This document shows positions 9,675 through 18,463 of a stretch of 32,000 nucleotides of DNA, piece after piece (the stretch's first letter is position 1; every line of letters begins with the position of its first letter). The stretch lies in the sequence record NC_004629.1. One strand, 5' to 3'. This DNA comes from Pseudomonas phage phiKZ. The notes below the pieces were generated by a model, which worked only from the letters and a program-made list of their open reading frames with translations, did not search any database and was not told the DNA's origin. The position numbers and the translations under genes were made by a program.

Positions 9675-10511
9675 ATGGCACGTCGTTCTAATAAAATTCG
9701 TATTGGTTTTAACGTATCGCTTAAAGCGCTTGAACGAAATGGATCTGATGTAATTAAACTACATGATGACATCATATCTTGTTTTAGTGAACTATATCAA
9801 AATTACGTAAAAATTGATACAACTACTGACAAAGATGACAAATCACTAAAACAAGGCATTATTGATGTCGTGGTGTATGTCGATCTAAATACAGCGAACC
9901 AAGCCATTCGTTTTAAAGGTATTAGTGATCTGGTAAACCATCTACAGTTTAATGTAATGGCGAATGATGTTATCGTCGATACAAGTGAATATATTCAGCC
10001 TAGCCATATGTCATATATCGAAGATGGTCACCTGAATATGTTAGTGCGTCGAGAAGGTAAAGAGGTTATCAAAACCATTTTCACTGATGAATATGGTGTT
10101 GATCCACTAGTTAATAATGGATCAATAGGAGATGGATGTAGTGTTTCCGGGATCTATCTAATCGGTGAAGAAAATCGGGTTAATAAACTAACACGTATTG
10201 TTTCTAACAACATTCGCAACGGAGAGTTTAATTTCAAGACAGAAGTAAATATCCGTAAATTCTATTGGAGTGTACTCGGAAAACCAAGTGCGCTATTTAA
10301 TGAAATATGGAACCGTAATGGTTTCTATGTGGATGTACTTATTAAGCTAACCAATGGCAAAGTTTATAGTTATGCTAAGAATGGTTTTGTTGGTGGACCT
10401 ACTGAACTAGAATTCCATTATTATGGTGTAACTGATCGAGAAAATTGGGATAATGCATCCGACAATTTCCTATATCAGGAATTCGAGCAACACTGGTCTG
10501 TAAAAATCTAA
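9675..10511 (+). CDS. hypothetical protein (278 aa)
   Basis: ORF followed by terminator. Confidence 0.8.
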   Translation: MARRSNKIRIGFNVSLKALERNGSDVIKLHDDIISCFSELYQNYVKIDTTTDKDDKSLKQGIIDVVVYVDLNTANQAIRFKGISDLVNHLQFNVMANDVIVDTSEYIQPSHMSYIEDGHLNMLVRREGKEVIKTIFTDEYGVDPLVNNGSIGDGCSVSGIYLIGEENRVNKLTRIVSNNIRNGEFNFKTEVNIRKFYWSVLGKPSALFNEIWNRNGFYVDVLIKLTNGKVYSYAKNGFVGGPTELEFHYYGVTDRENWDNASDNFLYQEFEQHWSVKI

Positions 10512-10516
10512 TATAT

Positions 10517-10547
10517 AAAGGGCTCTTCGGAGCCCTTTATTTTTTTC
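10517..10547 (+). terminator. intrinsic terminator
   Basis: AAAGGGCTC-TTCG-GAGCCCTTT followed by ATTTTTTT. Confidence 0.9.
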
Positions 10548-10568
10548 TTTATTTGGCAGGAATATAAA

Positions 10569-11354
10569 ATGCATCGTCGAACTATGTACAGATTTAGCTT
10601 ATCATATTCCAATAAACTTATTAATAATAACCCACTTGGCTTTACAGTCGAGAGTTATCTTGAAAGCTGGTTTGACAAACTCAAGTGCCGATTAACTAAA
10701 GGTTATACCAAAAGCCATGCTATTCATTTTCGTGGAAGTTGGAAATACTTTGAGTTAGATCAATATAAGAACAATGCTTTCTTCAATCAATATCACATGG
10801 TGATGCAGTCACTAGAGGATCTAGAAAGAAAGATTAGTGGGGTGATTGGGTTAAGTATCAAAATCACTAAACCAGAACGACATTTATTTCATGTTCTATT
10901 TAACCATGAAAAGATTATTCTATCCCCTAATGGCATTATCTTTGATGTACGTGTTCCAAAACACACCGTGATAGCTAATCCTGAAGTTATGGGATATCGT
11001 AATTGCAATGTAGATAGACTGGCGGTATTTGGCGAGCGCTCTAAAGTTAACTATGTGGTTAAACAAGTACGTTATGCCTTAAAGCAGAAAGGGGTGACAA
11101 CTGTTGCCAATAGTTCAATGGCTCGTTTTTTACATGACCTATTTCATCCAAAATACAGAGACAATCAAATTTATAACTACGGCATGACTATGTCTGATGT
11201 TTATGTAATGGCCGTATTCAAAAATGGGTATACGGAAATCTATGGTAAAGATGTAGGTGAAGTATTTGAAAGTCATACTCTAGATTTCCTAGAGCGTGAG
11301 TACATGATCTGTGGACAATATTTTCCCATGTTATCCAGAGGGCTGCTAGTATGA
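10569..11354 (+). CDS. hypothetical protein (261 aa), translationally coupled to the AAA+ gene
   Basis: ORF; ATGA overlap with 11351. Confidence 0.8.
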   Translation: MHRRTMYRFSLSYSNKLINNNPLGFTVESYLESWFDKLKCRLTKGYTKSHAIHFRGSWKYFELDQYKNNAFFNQYHMVMQSLEDLERKISGVIGLSIKITKPERHLFHVLFNHEKIILSPNGIIFDVRVPKHTVIANPEVMGYRNCNVDRLAVFGERSKVNYVVKQVRYALKQKGVTTVANSSMARFLHDLFHPKYRDNQIYNYGMTMSDVYVMAVFKNGYTEIYGKDVGEVFESHTLDFLEREYMICGQYFPMLSRGLLV

Positions 11355-12877
11355 TTATAGAGACCTTATTGCAATATTACGCCATGTTCATCGACATCTC
11401 TCAAAAGAATATGGTGATGGGTGGTGCGATTGGTATGGCGATTGGTGGTGTATTATGGACCACTATCCGAGGTCTACCAAGTAAGATAGTTAGATTCACA
11501 TTAAATCAATTTACAGTTAGTTTACATATCACTAATACTGGTAATGGTTTAAATGAGAAAAACTTTGACTCATTTATGGAGTGGTATATTAAACAACCAT
11601 TAGCTGGATTTAATCGCCGTTTTTCAACCAACGTTGATGAGCAAAGTTATAGTGCAACTAAACAGAAAATTGGTGTTGGTTTTGGCTTACATTTCTTTCT
11701 GTTTAAAGGTAGGTTATTCTGGTTTGTAAAAGCACGCCGGGATAGCCAAAATGCCAGTCGAGACCAGATGGACATTACTATCCGTGGATTATCTAGAAGT
11801 AGTAAACTTATTATTGATTTAGTTGATGCGTACCACTGGCGTCCAAATGAAATGGGTCTTACTATCTCACATTGGGATGGTAATCGCTGGGGTAATGAAA
11901 TCGAAGTTACTAAACGCGATATCAACACGGTGATTTTGCGTAAAGAGATCAAAGAAGAATTCCTTAATAAGATTGAAGAATTCTATTCTGATCGGAAATG
12001 GTACGATGATCGTGGACTACCCTATAAATTCACTTGTGTTCTAACAGGTCCTCCTGGTACTGGTAAAACCTCAATCAGTAAAGCGATTGCCTCACATTTT
12101 AATAAAAATGTTAGTGCACTGTCATTAGCCTCTATGACCAATGATAGTCTTAGGCGGGCATTTACTACACTACCTAAAGGTAATATTCTTCTAATTGAAG
12201 ATTTCGATGATACCCCGGCAGTTAAAGATCGTGTTTTAAATGATCCTGTAAAACTAGATAAAGAGATAAAGGAATTAGAGAGGAAATATTCTTTTATTGA
12301 TTTAATTGAAAAATATCCGTCTGCATGGGTTGATCTTAAAGATGACTATGAAGGATACTCTGTAGTTGGGTTTAATGACACCATCTATATCTTTGATGAA
12401 AATAGCGATGATCAAGGTTTTGGGATAAGTGCTTATGCTATGGCTGAACTGGGTGTTTCAAAATGGGCCGATGAAAAAGATCCATTATTTACCACAATTC
12501 GCCGATGGTGGAAATTAAAGAAGTGCATGAAGAATGGAATCACGTATGAACAACCAGCTAGCGGATTAACTTTGTCAGCTCTATTAAATGGGCTAGATGG
12601 CATTGTTCCACTAGATGAGACTATGACCATTCTAACTACAAACCATCCTGAGAATATTGATAAAGCACTTCTAAGGAAAGGTCGCGTTGATTACATGGTG
12701 GAGATTCCATATCTACGAGATCAAGAAGTTAGGGAGTATATTAAACTAATGTTCCCTGACTTCGATATTCCTGAAGATATCAGATTTAAAGATCAGCCAG
12801 GGTGTGATGTAATGGCGGCTTTTTCAAATAACCGTTATGACCCTAATGCTTTTATCAATAGTCTATTGAAATATTAA
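11351..12877 (+). CDS. BCS1-like AAA+ ATPase with N-terminal transmembrane segment
   Basis: Walker A LTGPPGTGKTS, Walker B NILLIEDFDD, LSALLNGLDGI, ILTTNHPENIDKALLRKGRVDYMVEIPY; hydrophobic N-terminal segment MVMGGAIGMAIGGVLW. Confidence 0.9.
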   Translation: MIIETLLQYYAMFIDISQKNMVMGGAIGMAIGGVLWTTIRGLPSKIVRFTLNQFTVSLHITNTGNGLNEKNFDSFMEWYIKQPLAGFNRRFSTNVDEQSYSATKQKIGVGFGLHFFLFKGRLFWFVKARRDSQNASRDQMDITIRGLSRSSKLIIDLVDAYHWRPNEMGLTISHWDGNRWGNEIEVTKRDINTVILRKEIKEEFLNKIEEFYSDRKWYDDRGLPYKFTCVLTGPPGTGKTSISKAIASHFNKNVSALSLASMTNDSLRRAFTTLPKGNILLIEDFDDTPAVKDRVLNDPVKLDKEIKELERKYSFIDLIEKYPSAWVDLKDDYEGYSVVGFNDTIYIFDENSDDQGFGISAYAMAELGVSKWADEKDPLFTTIRRWWKLKKCMKNGITYEQPASGLTLSALLNGLDGIVPLDETMTILTTNHPENIDKALLRKGRVDYMVEIPYLRDQEVREYIKLMFPDFDIPEDIRFKDQPGCDVMAAFSNNRYDPNAFINSLLKY

Positions 12878-12900
12878 TATACTAAAAAGGAATCTGTAAA

Positions 12901-13089
12901 ATGAGTCTACTCAACATTCTAAATACCGTTGCGGCTGCTAATGGTAGGGAAGTAGATGATTTTAATATCACCTATTTAAACGATACGGATGTGTCATCTA
13001 GTTATACCTCATTTCGATATCGGTATGTTGATGAGGATCGTATTGCACATATTTTCATTGTTTCTGAAAAAATCGAACAGGTTCGCTAA
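12901..13089 (+). CDS. small hypothetical protein (62 aa)
   Basis: ORF with AAAAAGGAATCTGTAAA leader. Confidence 0.65.
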   Translation: MSLLNILNTVAAANGREVDDFNITYLNDTDVSSSYTSFRYRYVDEDRIAHIFIVSEKIEQVR

Positions 13090-13161
13090 TTTGTATTGTT
13101 GGCAAAACTAACTGGTTACAATGTAACTGTAAATACATGTATTTAATTTTGAAAACATACT

Positions 13162-13202
13162 GGAGTTATTGATGTATTGAGTTGAAACTCAATAATAACT
13201 CC
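13162..13202. terminator. long bulged inverted repeat, terminator-like
   Basis: GGAGTTAT-tgatg-TATTGAGT-tgaa-ACTCAATA-ATAACTCC. Confidence 0.6.
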
Positions 13203-13237
13203 TACTTTAATTTAAAAAATACAAAAGGAATATTTCC

Positions 13238-13891
13238 ATGGCGTCAATCATTAGTCTACCTTTTATCAAACTAGTAATCAGCCGTAATAATAATTACACT
13301 GTTAACCATCAGTCAGGTGCTGATAATGTACCTCATCTATGTGTTAAAGTAAAACATTCTAACGGTTATGCCTGGTTCGGTATTATCATTGTTGATTATG
13401 AAAAACGTACCAGTGGTTGGACTGAAGAAGAATTCAATGCAGTTGTAACTCGTTTCCATGAAGCAATGAATTCTCAATGTGATATCCAACGATTAGAAAC
13501 AGACATTAACCGACTAATGGATTCCATCCAAGATGTTGTTACTGGTCGGAAACGACCAACCCTATTCGGCGGTGATAGTAATGACTTCATTCAAATGCAT
13601 CTTCAAAATAATATCCAACTTGATATTTATCGGAATGAAATTAACGAAGATACTCTAACCTATGGTGGGTATCGTGGTAAAGTAAGTCTTCGCCATGGTT
13701 ATGATGAATACAGCTTCTTCCTGTATCATCGTGGTATTATTCTAAACCATTACATCGATGCAGAGATTGCTAAAGAGCTAATTGAAGATGCTCTTAATAA
13801 GACTTTCCCGGAGATTACTTATCTACCGCGAGCCACTGTCGAACCTACAGCAGTGGAACGCACTCGTAATAGACATCTGGATAAAAGTTAA
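13238..13891 (+). CDS. hypothetical protein (217 aa)
   Basis: ORF with AAAAGGAATATTTCC leader. Confidence 0.8.
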   Translation: MASIISLPFIKLVISRNNNYTVNHQSGADNVPHLCVKVKHSNGYAWFGIIIVDYEKRTSGWTEEEFNAVVTRFHEAMNSQCDIQRLETDINRLMDSIQDVVTGRKRPTLFGGDSNDFIQMHLQNNIQLDIYRNEINEDTLTYGGYRGKVSLRHGYDEYSFFLYHRGIILNHYIDAEIAKELIEDALNKTFPEITYLPRATVEPTAVERTRNRHLDKS

Positions 13892-13892
13892 A

Positions 13893-14306
13893 ATGACTAG
13901 TCAACTTATCGTAGTTGATTTACAAAACCCTAGAAATAAACATATATACAGTGAATTAACTCATGAACATCCTAGAACAATAACATCACATCTAGTTGAA
14001 GAATTAGATGATTTTGATGTTCATCAATATTCATACCAAGCGGAGTATAAATCTGGGATTGATCTTAGATTAATATTCTTTTGGGATGGACCATACACTG
14101 AACCAAGAGAAGAAGGTTACGAACCAACTGATCTAGAGAAAAGGTGTGTGAAGTTGTGTAGGCAATATGAGGCTGCGATTAACGGGCAATTATCTGTAGT
14201 TGATCACTCTCGGTTCCGGACGGTGTGTACCTTCAGATCAGATAATAGTTTACCAACAACTTTAGACTGGATTCATAAAGAACCCCCATCTAAAGAGGTT
14301 ATGTAA
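13893..14306 (+). CDS. hypothetical protein (start trimmed from track ORF 13782)
   Basis: ATG at 13893 just downstream of the preceding stop gives MTSQLIVVDLQNPRNKHIYSEL...; longer start would overlap preceding gene by >100 nt. Confidence 0.7.
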   Translation: MTSQLIVVDLQNPRNKHIYSELTHEHPRTITSHLVEELDDFDVHQYSYQAEYKSGIDLRLIFFWDGPYTEPREEGYEPTDLEKRCVKLCRQYEAAINGQLSVVDHSRFRTVCTFRSDNSLPTTLDWIHKEPPSKEVM

Positions 14307-14400
14307 AAAATAGTAAAAGAAATACACTATTCTATGTAGTTCCTTTACGATTGCTCTTTTATCTTAGTTTCAGTTTTGCTGAAGAAGTACCAATGAGATA

Positions 14401-14426
14401 CCCTCCCCTGATCGGGGAGGGTTTTT
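14401..14426 (+). terminator. intrinsic terminator
   Basis: CCCTCCCC-TGATC-GGGGAGGG followed by TTTTT. Confidence 0.9.
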
Positions 14427-14447
14427 GACATCTAAGAGGAAAATATA

Positions 14448-14828
14448 ATGTGCGAACAACATCGTGTAGTATCTATGAAAGTTACATGCACGCAAGCTCG
14501 CTATCCGATCGGTCTGTGCGATCTCGGATTTGATAATGCTGCTGATGCTCGGCAATATCTACTAGATGTCGTCGAGTACAATATGGATCGTCTCCACCCA
14601 CAACATGCTAATACATTCCAGCTACAAAATCTACAAGACGGGTTCGTAGTATCCTACGATATCGAAAAAGATGGATCCGTTTATCTTCGGTTAACACTGG
14701 CGGCTGTAGCTTATCAATCAATCGATCTTGAGTTGGGGGTTACCGTTAAAGAAAATGAAGGGATCAGTGTTGTAATCAAAAATTGGATCAATGGTGATTA
14801 TACTGCGGGGAACAAATACTTGCAGTAA
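14448..14828 (+). CDS. hypothetical protein (126 aa)
   Basis: ORF with AGAGGAAAATATA leader. Confidence 0.8.
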   Translation: MCEQHRVVSMKVTCTQARYPIGLCDLGFDNAADARQYLLDVVEYNMDRLHPQHANTFQLQNLQDGFVVSYDIEKDGSVYLRLTLAAVAYQSIDLELGVTVKENEGISVVIKNWINGDYTAGNKYLQ

Positions 14829-14854
14829 TACCATATGTAAAGAATACCCAAATC

Positions 14855-14918
14855 GGGATCTCCCGGACTATCTCCCTTCAGCGTTCCCGTCCGCAAATGA
14901 AGGTGCCGCCGAGATCCC
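14855..14918 (+). ncRNA. candidate compact structured RNA (8-bp outer helix, inner hairpin, possible pseudoknot)
   Basis: GGGATCTC/GAGATCCC outer helix; CCTTCA/TGAAGG inner; CGGAC(14864-14868)/GTCCG(14889-14893) crossing; GC-rich in AT-rich surroundings. Confidence 0.45.
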
Positions 14919-14931
14919 ACCTATTGATAAT

Positions 14932-14954
14932 GCCCTCCCTTCGGGGAGGGCTTT
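14932..14954 (+). terminator. intrinsic terminator
   Basis: GCCCTCCC-TTCG-GGGAGGGC followed by TTT. Confidence 0.9.
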
Positions 14955-14994
14955 ATTTCGCTTAAGCCTATTTATTTTATTATAAGGAGTGAAA

Positions 14995-15726
14995 ATGACA
15001 TATATCGTAAATGATGGTAAAGTCATGATTGCAGACTGCCTATTAATTGAGCGGAATAATGCAACTGATAGCATTGGGCGACTTCCAGTATTAGATAACG
15101 GTTATATTGATCTAACTGCTAAAGCTGAAGGTGTAGATGTATATTACAATGATTGCCACAAGATAATTTTTCATCCGACTGTTACTTGGCAAGGCAAACG
15201 TGTTAAAACTATGGCTTTTGCTGGAACTATAGATAATGTTTATGATCTATTGAATGCCCTTACCGCAGGTGTTGATTTAGCTGATTGGTTTAAAGTTGAA
15301 GTAAATATCTTGCCAGTCATAGAACGCAGGTTGTTTAATGGTAATACTTCTATGATGTTCACTATGGAGAATGGTGACATATATACAGTTATTCTTAAAG
15401 ATATGAGTATCGAGATCACCAAGAAAGATTGGGCTCATTTAGGTAGTGGTGTAGATGCAGTTAATAGTGTACTTGAGTTTATCCCTAATTGTAATGATAA
15501 TGGATCAACCAAACTAACTGCACTTGAAGCATTTGCTATTGCATGTGCACATACTACTACTGTAAGTCGTAAATTTGATTATTACATCCATGCTACAGGT
15601 GAGTACAAGCAAAATCAGGAACTATCAACTAAACAACTAAAATGGATTCTGGCGCGTATTCAAAAGCGGATGGATCTTACCTGCATTTTCAATGACCGCG
15701 AATATGCCAATAACATATGGGGTTGA
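14995..15726 (+). CDS. hypothetical protein (243 aa)
   Basis: ATG at 14995 with AAGGAG SD; upstream GTG in the track ORF is less likely. Confidence 0.8.
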   Translation: MTYIVNDGKVMIADCLLIERNNATDSIGRLPVLDNGYIDLTAKAEGVDVYYNDCHKIIFHPTVTWQGKRVKTMAFAGTIDNVYDLLNALTAGVDLADWFKVEVNILPVIERRLFNGNTSMMFTMENGDIYTVILKDMSIEITKKDWAHLGSGVDAVNSVLEFIPNCNDNGSTKLTALEAFAIACAHTTTVSRKFDYYIHATGEYKQNQELSTKQLKWILARIQKRMDLTCIFNDREYANNIWG

Positions 15727-15731
15727 TTTGT

Positions 15732-16247
15732 ATGAGTGATTCTAATATGGATATGCTATATTACACTAATGTAAATTGGGAACAATATTTTCATCACGTG
15801 AAACAACGGGCAGATGATACTGTTAAAGTAATGTATAAACCTGAATATGAAGATCTTATTGATGAAGCATGTAGACCATTGATTAAATGGTTTAACCAAT
15901 TCACCAATATTGCAACTATTTATTGCTGTTCAGGTCATGTTGATGAAGAAACTGGTGGTAGCCCTGGATACATTAGTATTTTATTTCAAGATACCAATGC
16001 AGAGAATTCTGTAATGCGTTTATTGCGTGAAGCAATGTGTAAGGGGCGTGAGTGTAAGATCCCATTCGAAATTGAACTGGGGGTTTATTTCGGGCATCTA
16101 CATGAGACCATTGATAAAAATCACTGGGTCGCCAATCTAATTATCCGCACCAATAGCTACAAACGTAAAAATACGTATGATCGCTATTGGCATCGTCTTT
16201 ACAACATCATAACAACATGTAATACTGAGGGTTTATACACCATCTAA
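15732..16247 (+). CDS. hypothetical protein with CCSGH motif
   Basis: ORF (track start 15717); ATIYCCSGHVDEETGGSPGYISILFQ. Confidence 0.7.
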   Translation: MSDSNMDMLYYTNVNWEQYFHHVKQRADDTVKVMYKPEYEDLIDEACRPLIKWFNQFTNIATIYCCSGHVDEETGGSPGYISILFQDTNAENSVMRLLREAMCKGRECKIPFEIELGVYFGHLHETIDKNHWVANLIIRTNSYKRKNTYDRYWHRLYNIITTCNTEGLYTI

Positions 16248-16265
16248 AGAATCTGAGATAATTTA

Positions 16266-16415
16266 ATGAATGATATTAAAAATACATTATTAGTTAGATT
16301 AAAGAGGAAACAAAAAGCTAAGCGTATAGATAAATTGCAAAGACTAGGTTTATGGTTTATTCTATTGCTATGTGTATCTAATCTATTTGTCCAATTAATA
16401 AAAGGTATATTCTAA
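16266..16415 (+). CDS. small basic membrane protein (49 aa), absent from supplied track
   Basis: MNDIKNTLLVRLKRKQKAKRIDKLQRLGLWFILLLCVSNLFVQLIKGIF*, abuts ATG of next gene. Confidence 0.55.
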   Translation: MNDIKNTLLVRLKRKQKAKRIDKLQRLGLWFILLLCVSNLFVQLIKGIF

Positions 16416-17096
16416 ATGGCAGAAAAGCTAAGTTTTGTTGATATATTTAAGATGGCTAAAGAGGAAAATGTTAAGCTTGAATTGCATTGTCTAATTGGTA
16501 CTCGACCAGTTAGGGGTCTTATTAAAAGTTTAAACTTTAATCAAATCAGACCTGATATATACGAATCTGTTAATCTATATGTAGATGTATTTTCTAAAGT
16601 AGTAGAGACTAGAGTAGATCTATCGAGTACTACTGCTGATTATGGTTGCTGGAGAATGACACCAGAAACTAAGAATTATGTAGATAGTAAATATAACTTA
16701 CCAGTAAAAATGGATATCACTAATCCAGATATCGTTAGGAGTAATATTAATTATTATCTCAGTTTACCTACTCAGGAACGCATTGAATTATTTAATAAAA
16801 TAAATAATCCTAATGTCATTGAGGCGATAAACAAAGAATGGTCTAAGATGGTTGTAGAATATTATCAATCTGAGATCGATTTGTTTATTGGATTAATTGA
16901 TTTCGATCATGTCCTTATCAATAAGTTCATGGCATTTAACTGGATGGACGATTTATTTGAGTATGCTTTAAATATCCCATTAAAACAAACCAATACAGTA
17001 AATGAAGGCACCTGTTGCTTACTGGTTCACAAAGATAAAAAGGCAACATATACCCATCTCACTGATATTAAAAATCTTATCAAAGTGAGTGTATAA
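16416..17096 (+). CDS. hypothetical protein (226 aa)
   Basis: ORF followed by terminator. Confidence 0.8.
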   Translation: MAEKLSFVDIFKMAKEENVKLELHCLIGTRPVRGLIKSLNFNQIRPDIYESVNLYVDVFSKVVETRVDLSSTTADYGCWRMTPETKNYVDSKYNLPVKMDITNPDIVRSNINYYLSLPTQERIELFNKINNPNVIEAINKEWSKMVVEYYQSEIDLFIGLIDFDHVLINKFMAFNWMDDLFEYALNIPLKQTNTVNEGTCCLLVHKDKKATYTHLTDIKNLIKVSV

Positions 17097-17108
17097 TTAC
17101 GGCATAAA

Positions 17109-17130
17109 CCCCTCTCCGCATGGAGAGGGG
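17109..17130. terminator. bidirectional terminator between convergent units
   Basis: CCCCTCTCC-GCAT-GGAGAGGGG at the strand switch. Confidence 0.85.
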
Positions 17131-17157
17131 CTATGTCTTTATTTTCTTTATTTAAAC

Positions 17158-17547
17158 TCACTTAGAATAATCTTCTACTGGAATATCATCTAGCCAATCA
17201 TTAAGTAGTTTAAATTGTTGAGGGTGTTGCATCTTAGTTACTTTACCGTATTTAACACTAATAGCGTAACCACCAGATACTGCAAGATCCACTAGTTTGC
17301 GTTCATATGCATTAAATTCATCATACCAACGGGTATGAATAAGTTTTGCTAAGCGTGCATATGCAGTCTTACGATATTGATCTTCCTGTTCCCGACGTAG
17401 GACTTCAAGTAGTTCTTTCTGACGCTGCTTCTGCTGGCGTTTCTCTTCTTCCTTTTTCTCTTTCTCCAGTCGTTTTTTCTCAGCAATGTGTGATAGAATG
17501 GGTAGCTTGAAAAGCAGACTTAGAATTAGTTGAAAGAATTGTTTCAT
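17158..17547 (-). CDS. hypothetical protein, N-terminal membrane segment plus charged coiled coil
   Basis: ATG at 17547 preceded by GAGGAAATACTA; MKQFFQLILSLLFKLPIL...KKRLEKEKKEEEKRQQKQ. Confidence 0.75.
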   Translation of the reverse strand: MKQFFQLILSLLFKLPILSHIAEKKRLEKEKKEEEKRQQKQRQKELLEVLRREQEDQYRKTAYARLAKLIHTRWYDEFNAYERKLVDLAVSGGYAISVKYGKVTKMQHPQQFKLLNDWLDDIPVEDYSK

Positions 17548-17627
17548 TAGTATTTCCTCAGTTTGATTAAATAGATAATTTACAAATGGCAATCCGCCTA
17601 GTTACATACTAGATAGCTGTAAGTATT

Positions 17628-18038
17628 TTAATCCGTTACAATATCTGGATAACGTTCATCAATTAATGATTTCCTATATGCAAACTCACGTACCTCTACT
17701 TCTAACTTTTCTTTAGTTGCATATGTAGTGCCGATTACAATAATTGAATCATTATTAATTGATAACTCTACATCATTATCTTTTCCAAATACTAATTTAA
17801 AAACAGTATTTAATTCATCTAATTGATTTTGAATGGACACTGTATCATCATGGATTGCCCTAGATGGCTCTTCTAATAAACCCTCTAGTACTTTATAAGA
17901 CTTTATAAAAAGAGTATCATTAAAATCTTCTTTTAGCCATGCTAATTCAAGTGTATATAAATCAACTACTCTATTAAGATTTGAAGTAGTTATATCTGTT
18001 TTCCATTCATAACCTAGATAGTTAGTTTCATTACTCAT
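17628..18038 (-). CDS. hypothetical protein (136 aa)
   Basis: ORF with AAAGGAG upstream. Confidence 0.75.
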   Translation of the reverse strand: MSNETNYLGYEWKTDITTSNLNRVVDLYTLELAWLKEDFNDTLFIKSYKVLEGLLEEPSRAIHDDTVSIQNQLDELNTVFKLVFGKDNDVELSINNDSIIVIGTTYATKEKLEVEVREFAYRKSLIDERYPDIVTD

Positions 18039-18080
18039 TATAAACTCCTTTGATCAATACATATTAAATAATCTGGAGTA

Positions 18081-18257
18081 TTATTTCTTTGTAATACGAT
18101 AACCAACTGACCATAAATCTACACGGACGAAACCTTTTCCATCATGTTGACCGTATACACATACACGTAACATTCTATTGCCTGTCTTCATGTCAATTCG
18201 TGTTATCTCAAATTTATTAGTAATATATTCTTGGATGATAAATAATAGATGACTCAT
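18081..18257 (-). CDS. small hypothetical protein (58 aa), absent from supplied track
   Basis: MSHLLFIIQEYITNKFEITRIDMKTGNRMLRVCVYGQHDGKGFVRVDLWSVGYRITKK*. Confidence 0.6.
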   Translation of the reverse strand: MSHLLFIIQEYITNKFEITRIDMKTGNRMLRVCVYGQHDGKGFVRVDLWSVGYRITKK

Positions 18258-18288
18258 TTTATATTTTCCTGATTAATGACAAACATAA

Positions 18289-18308
18289 GCCCCTCCATAT
18301 GGAGGGGC
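18289..18308 (-). terminator. intrinsic terminator
   Basis: GCCCCTCC-ATAT-GGAGGGGC. Confidence 0.7.
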
Positions 18309-18386
18309 AATATGATTTACTGAGTCTTTCACGTTCAATCCCATCCTAACTAATATATTTAAGAATAGTTTAAACCTCAGTAAATT

Positions 18387-18463
18387 TGGTGCCGCCACTC
18401 CGAATCGAACGGAGGACCTACGCATTACAAGTGCGTTGCTCTACCTAGCTGAGCTATAGCGGC
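18387..18463 (-). tRNA. tRNA-Thr(TGT)
   Basis: GCCGCTATAGCTCAGCTAGGTAGAGCAACGCACTTGTAATGCGTAGGTCCTCCGTTCGATTCGGAGTGGCGGCACCA; full cloverleaf, encoded CCA. Confidence 0.95.

Noticed and set aside
14855-14918. Twister, hammerhead or HDV-like ribozyme identity for the structured RNA
   Set aside because: No match by eye to conserved cores (no CUGAUGA/GAAA, no CCCAAGCCC-type twister loop, outer helix topology unlike HDV). Left as an unclassified candidate.
14868-15074. Minus-strand 68-aa ORF
   Set aside because: Runs through the terminator and the structured element, has no SD and is antisense to the real gene start.
9675-15726. Possible paralogy between the 278-aa (9675) and 243-aa (14995) proteins
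   Set aside because: Only a vague resemblance (QAIRFKGISDLVNHL vs KTMAFAGTIDNVYDLLNAL); too weak without a profile alignment.
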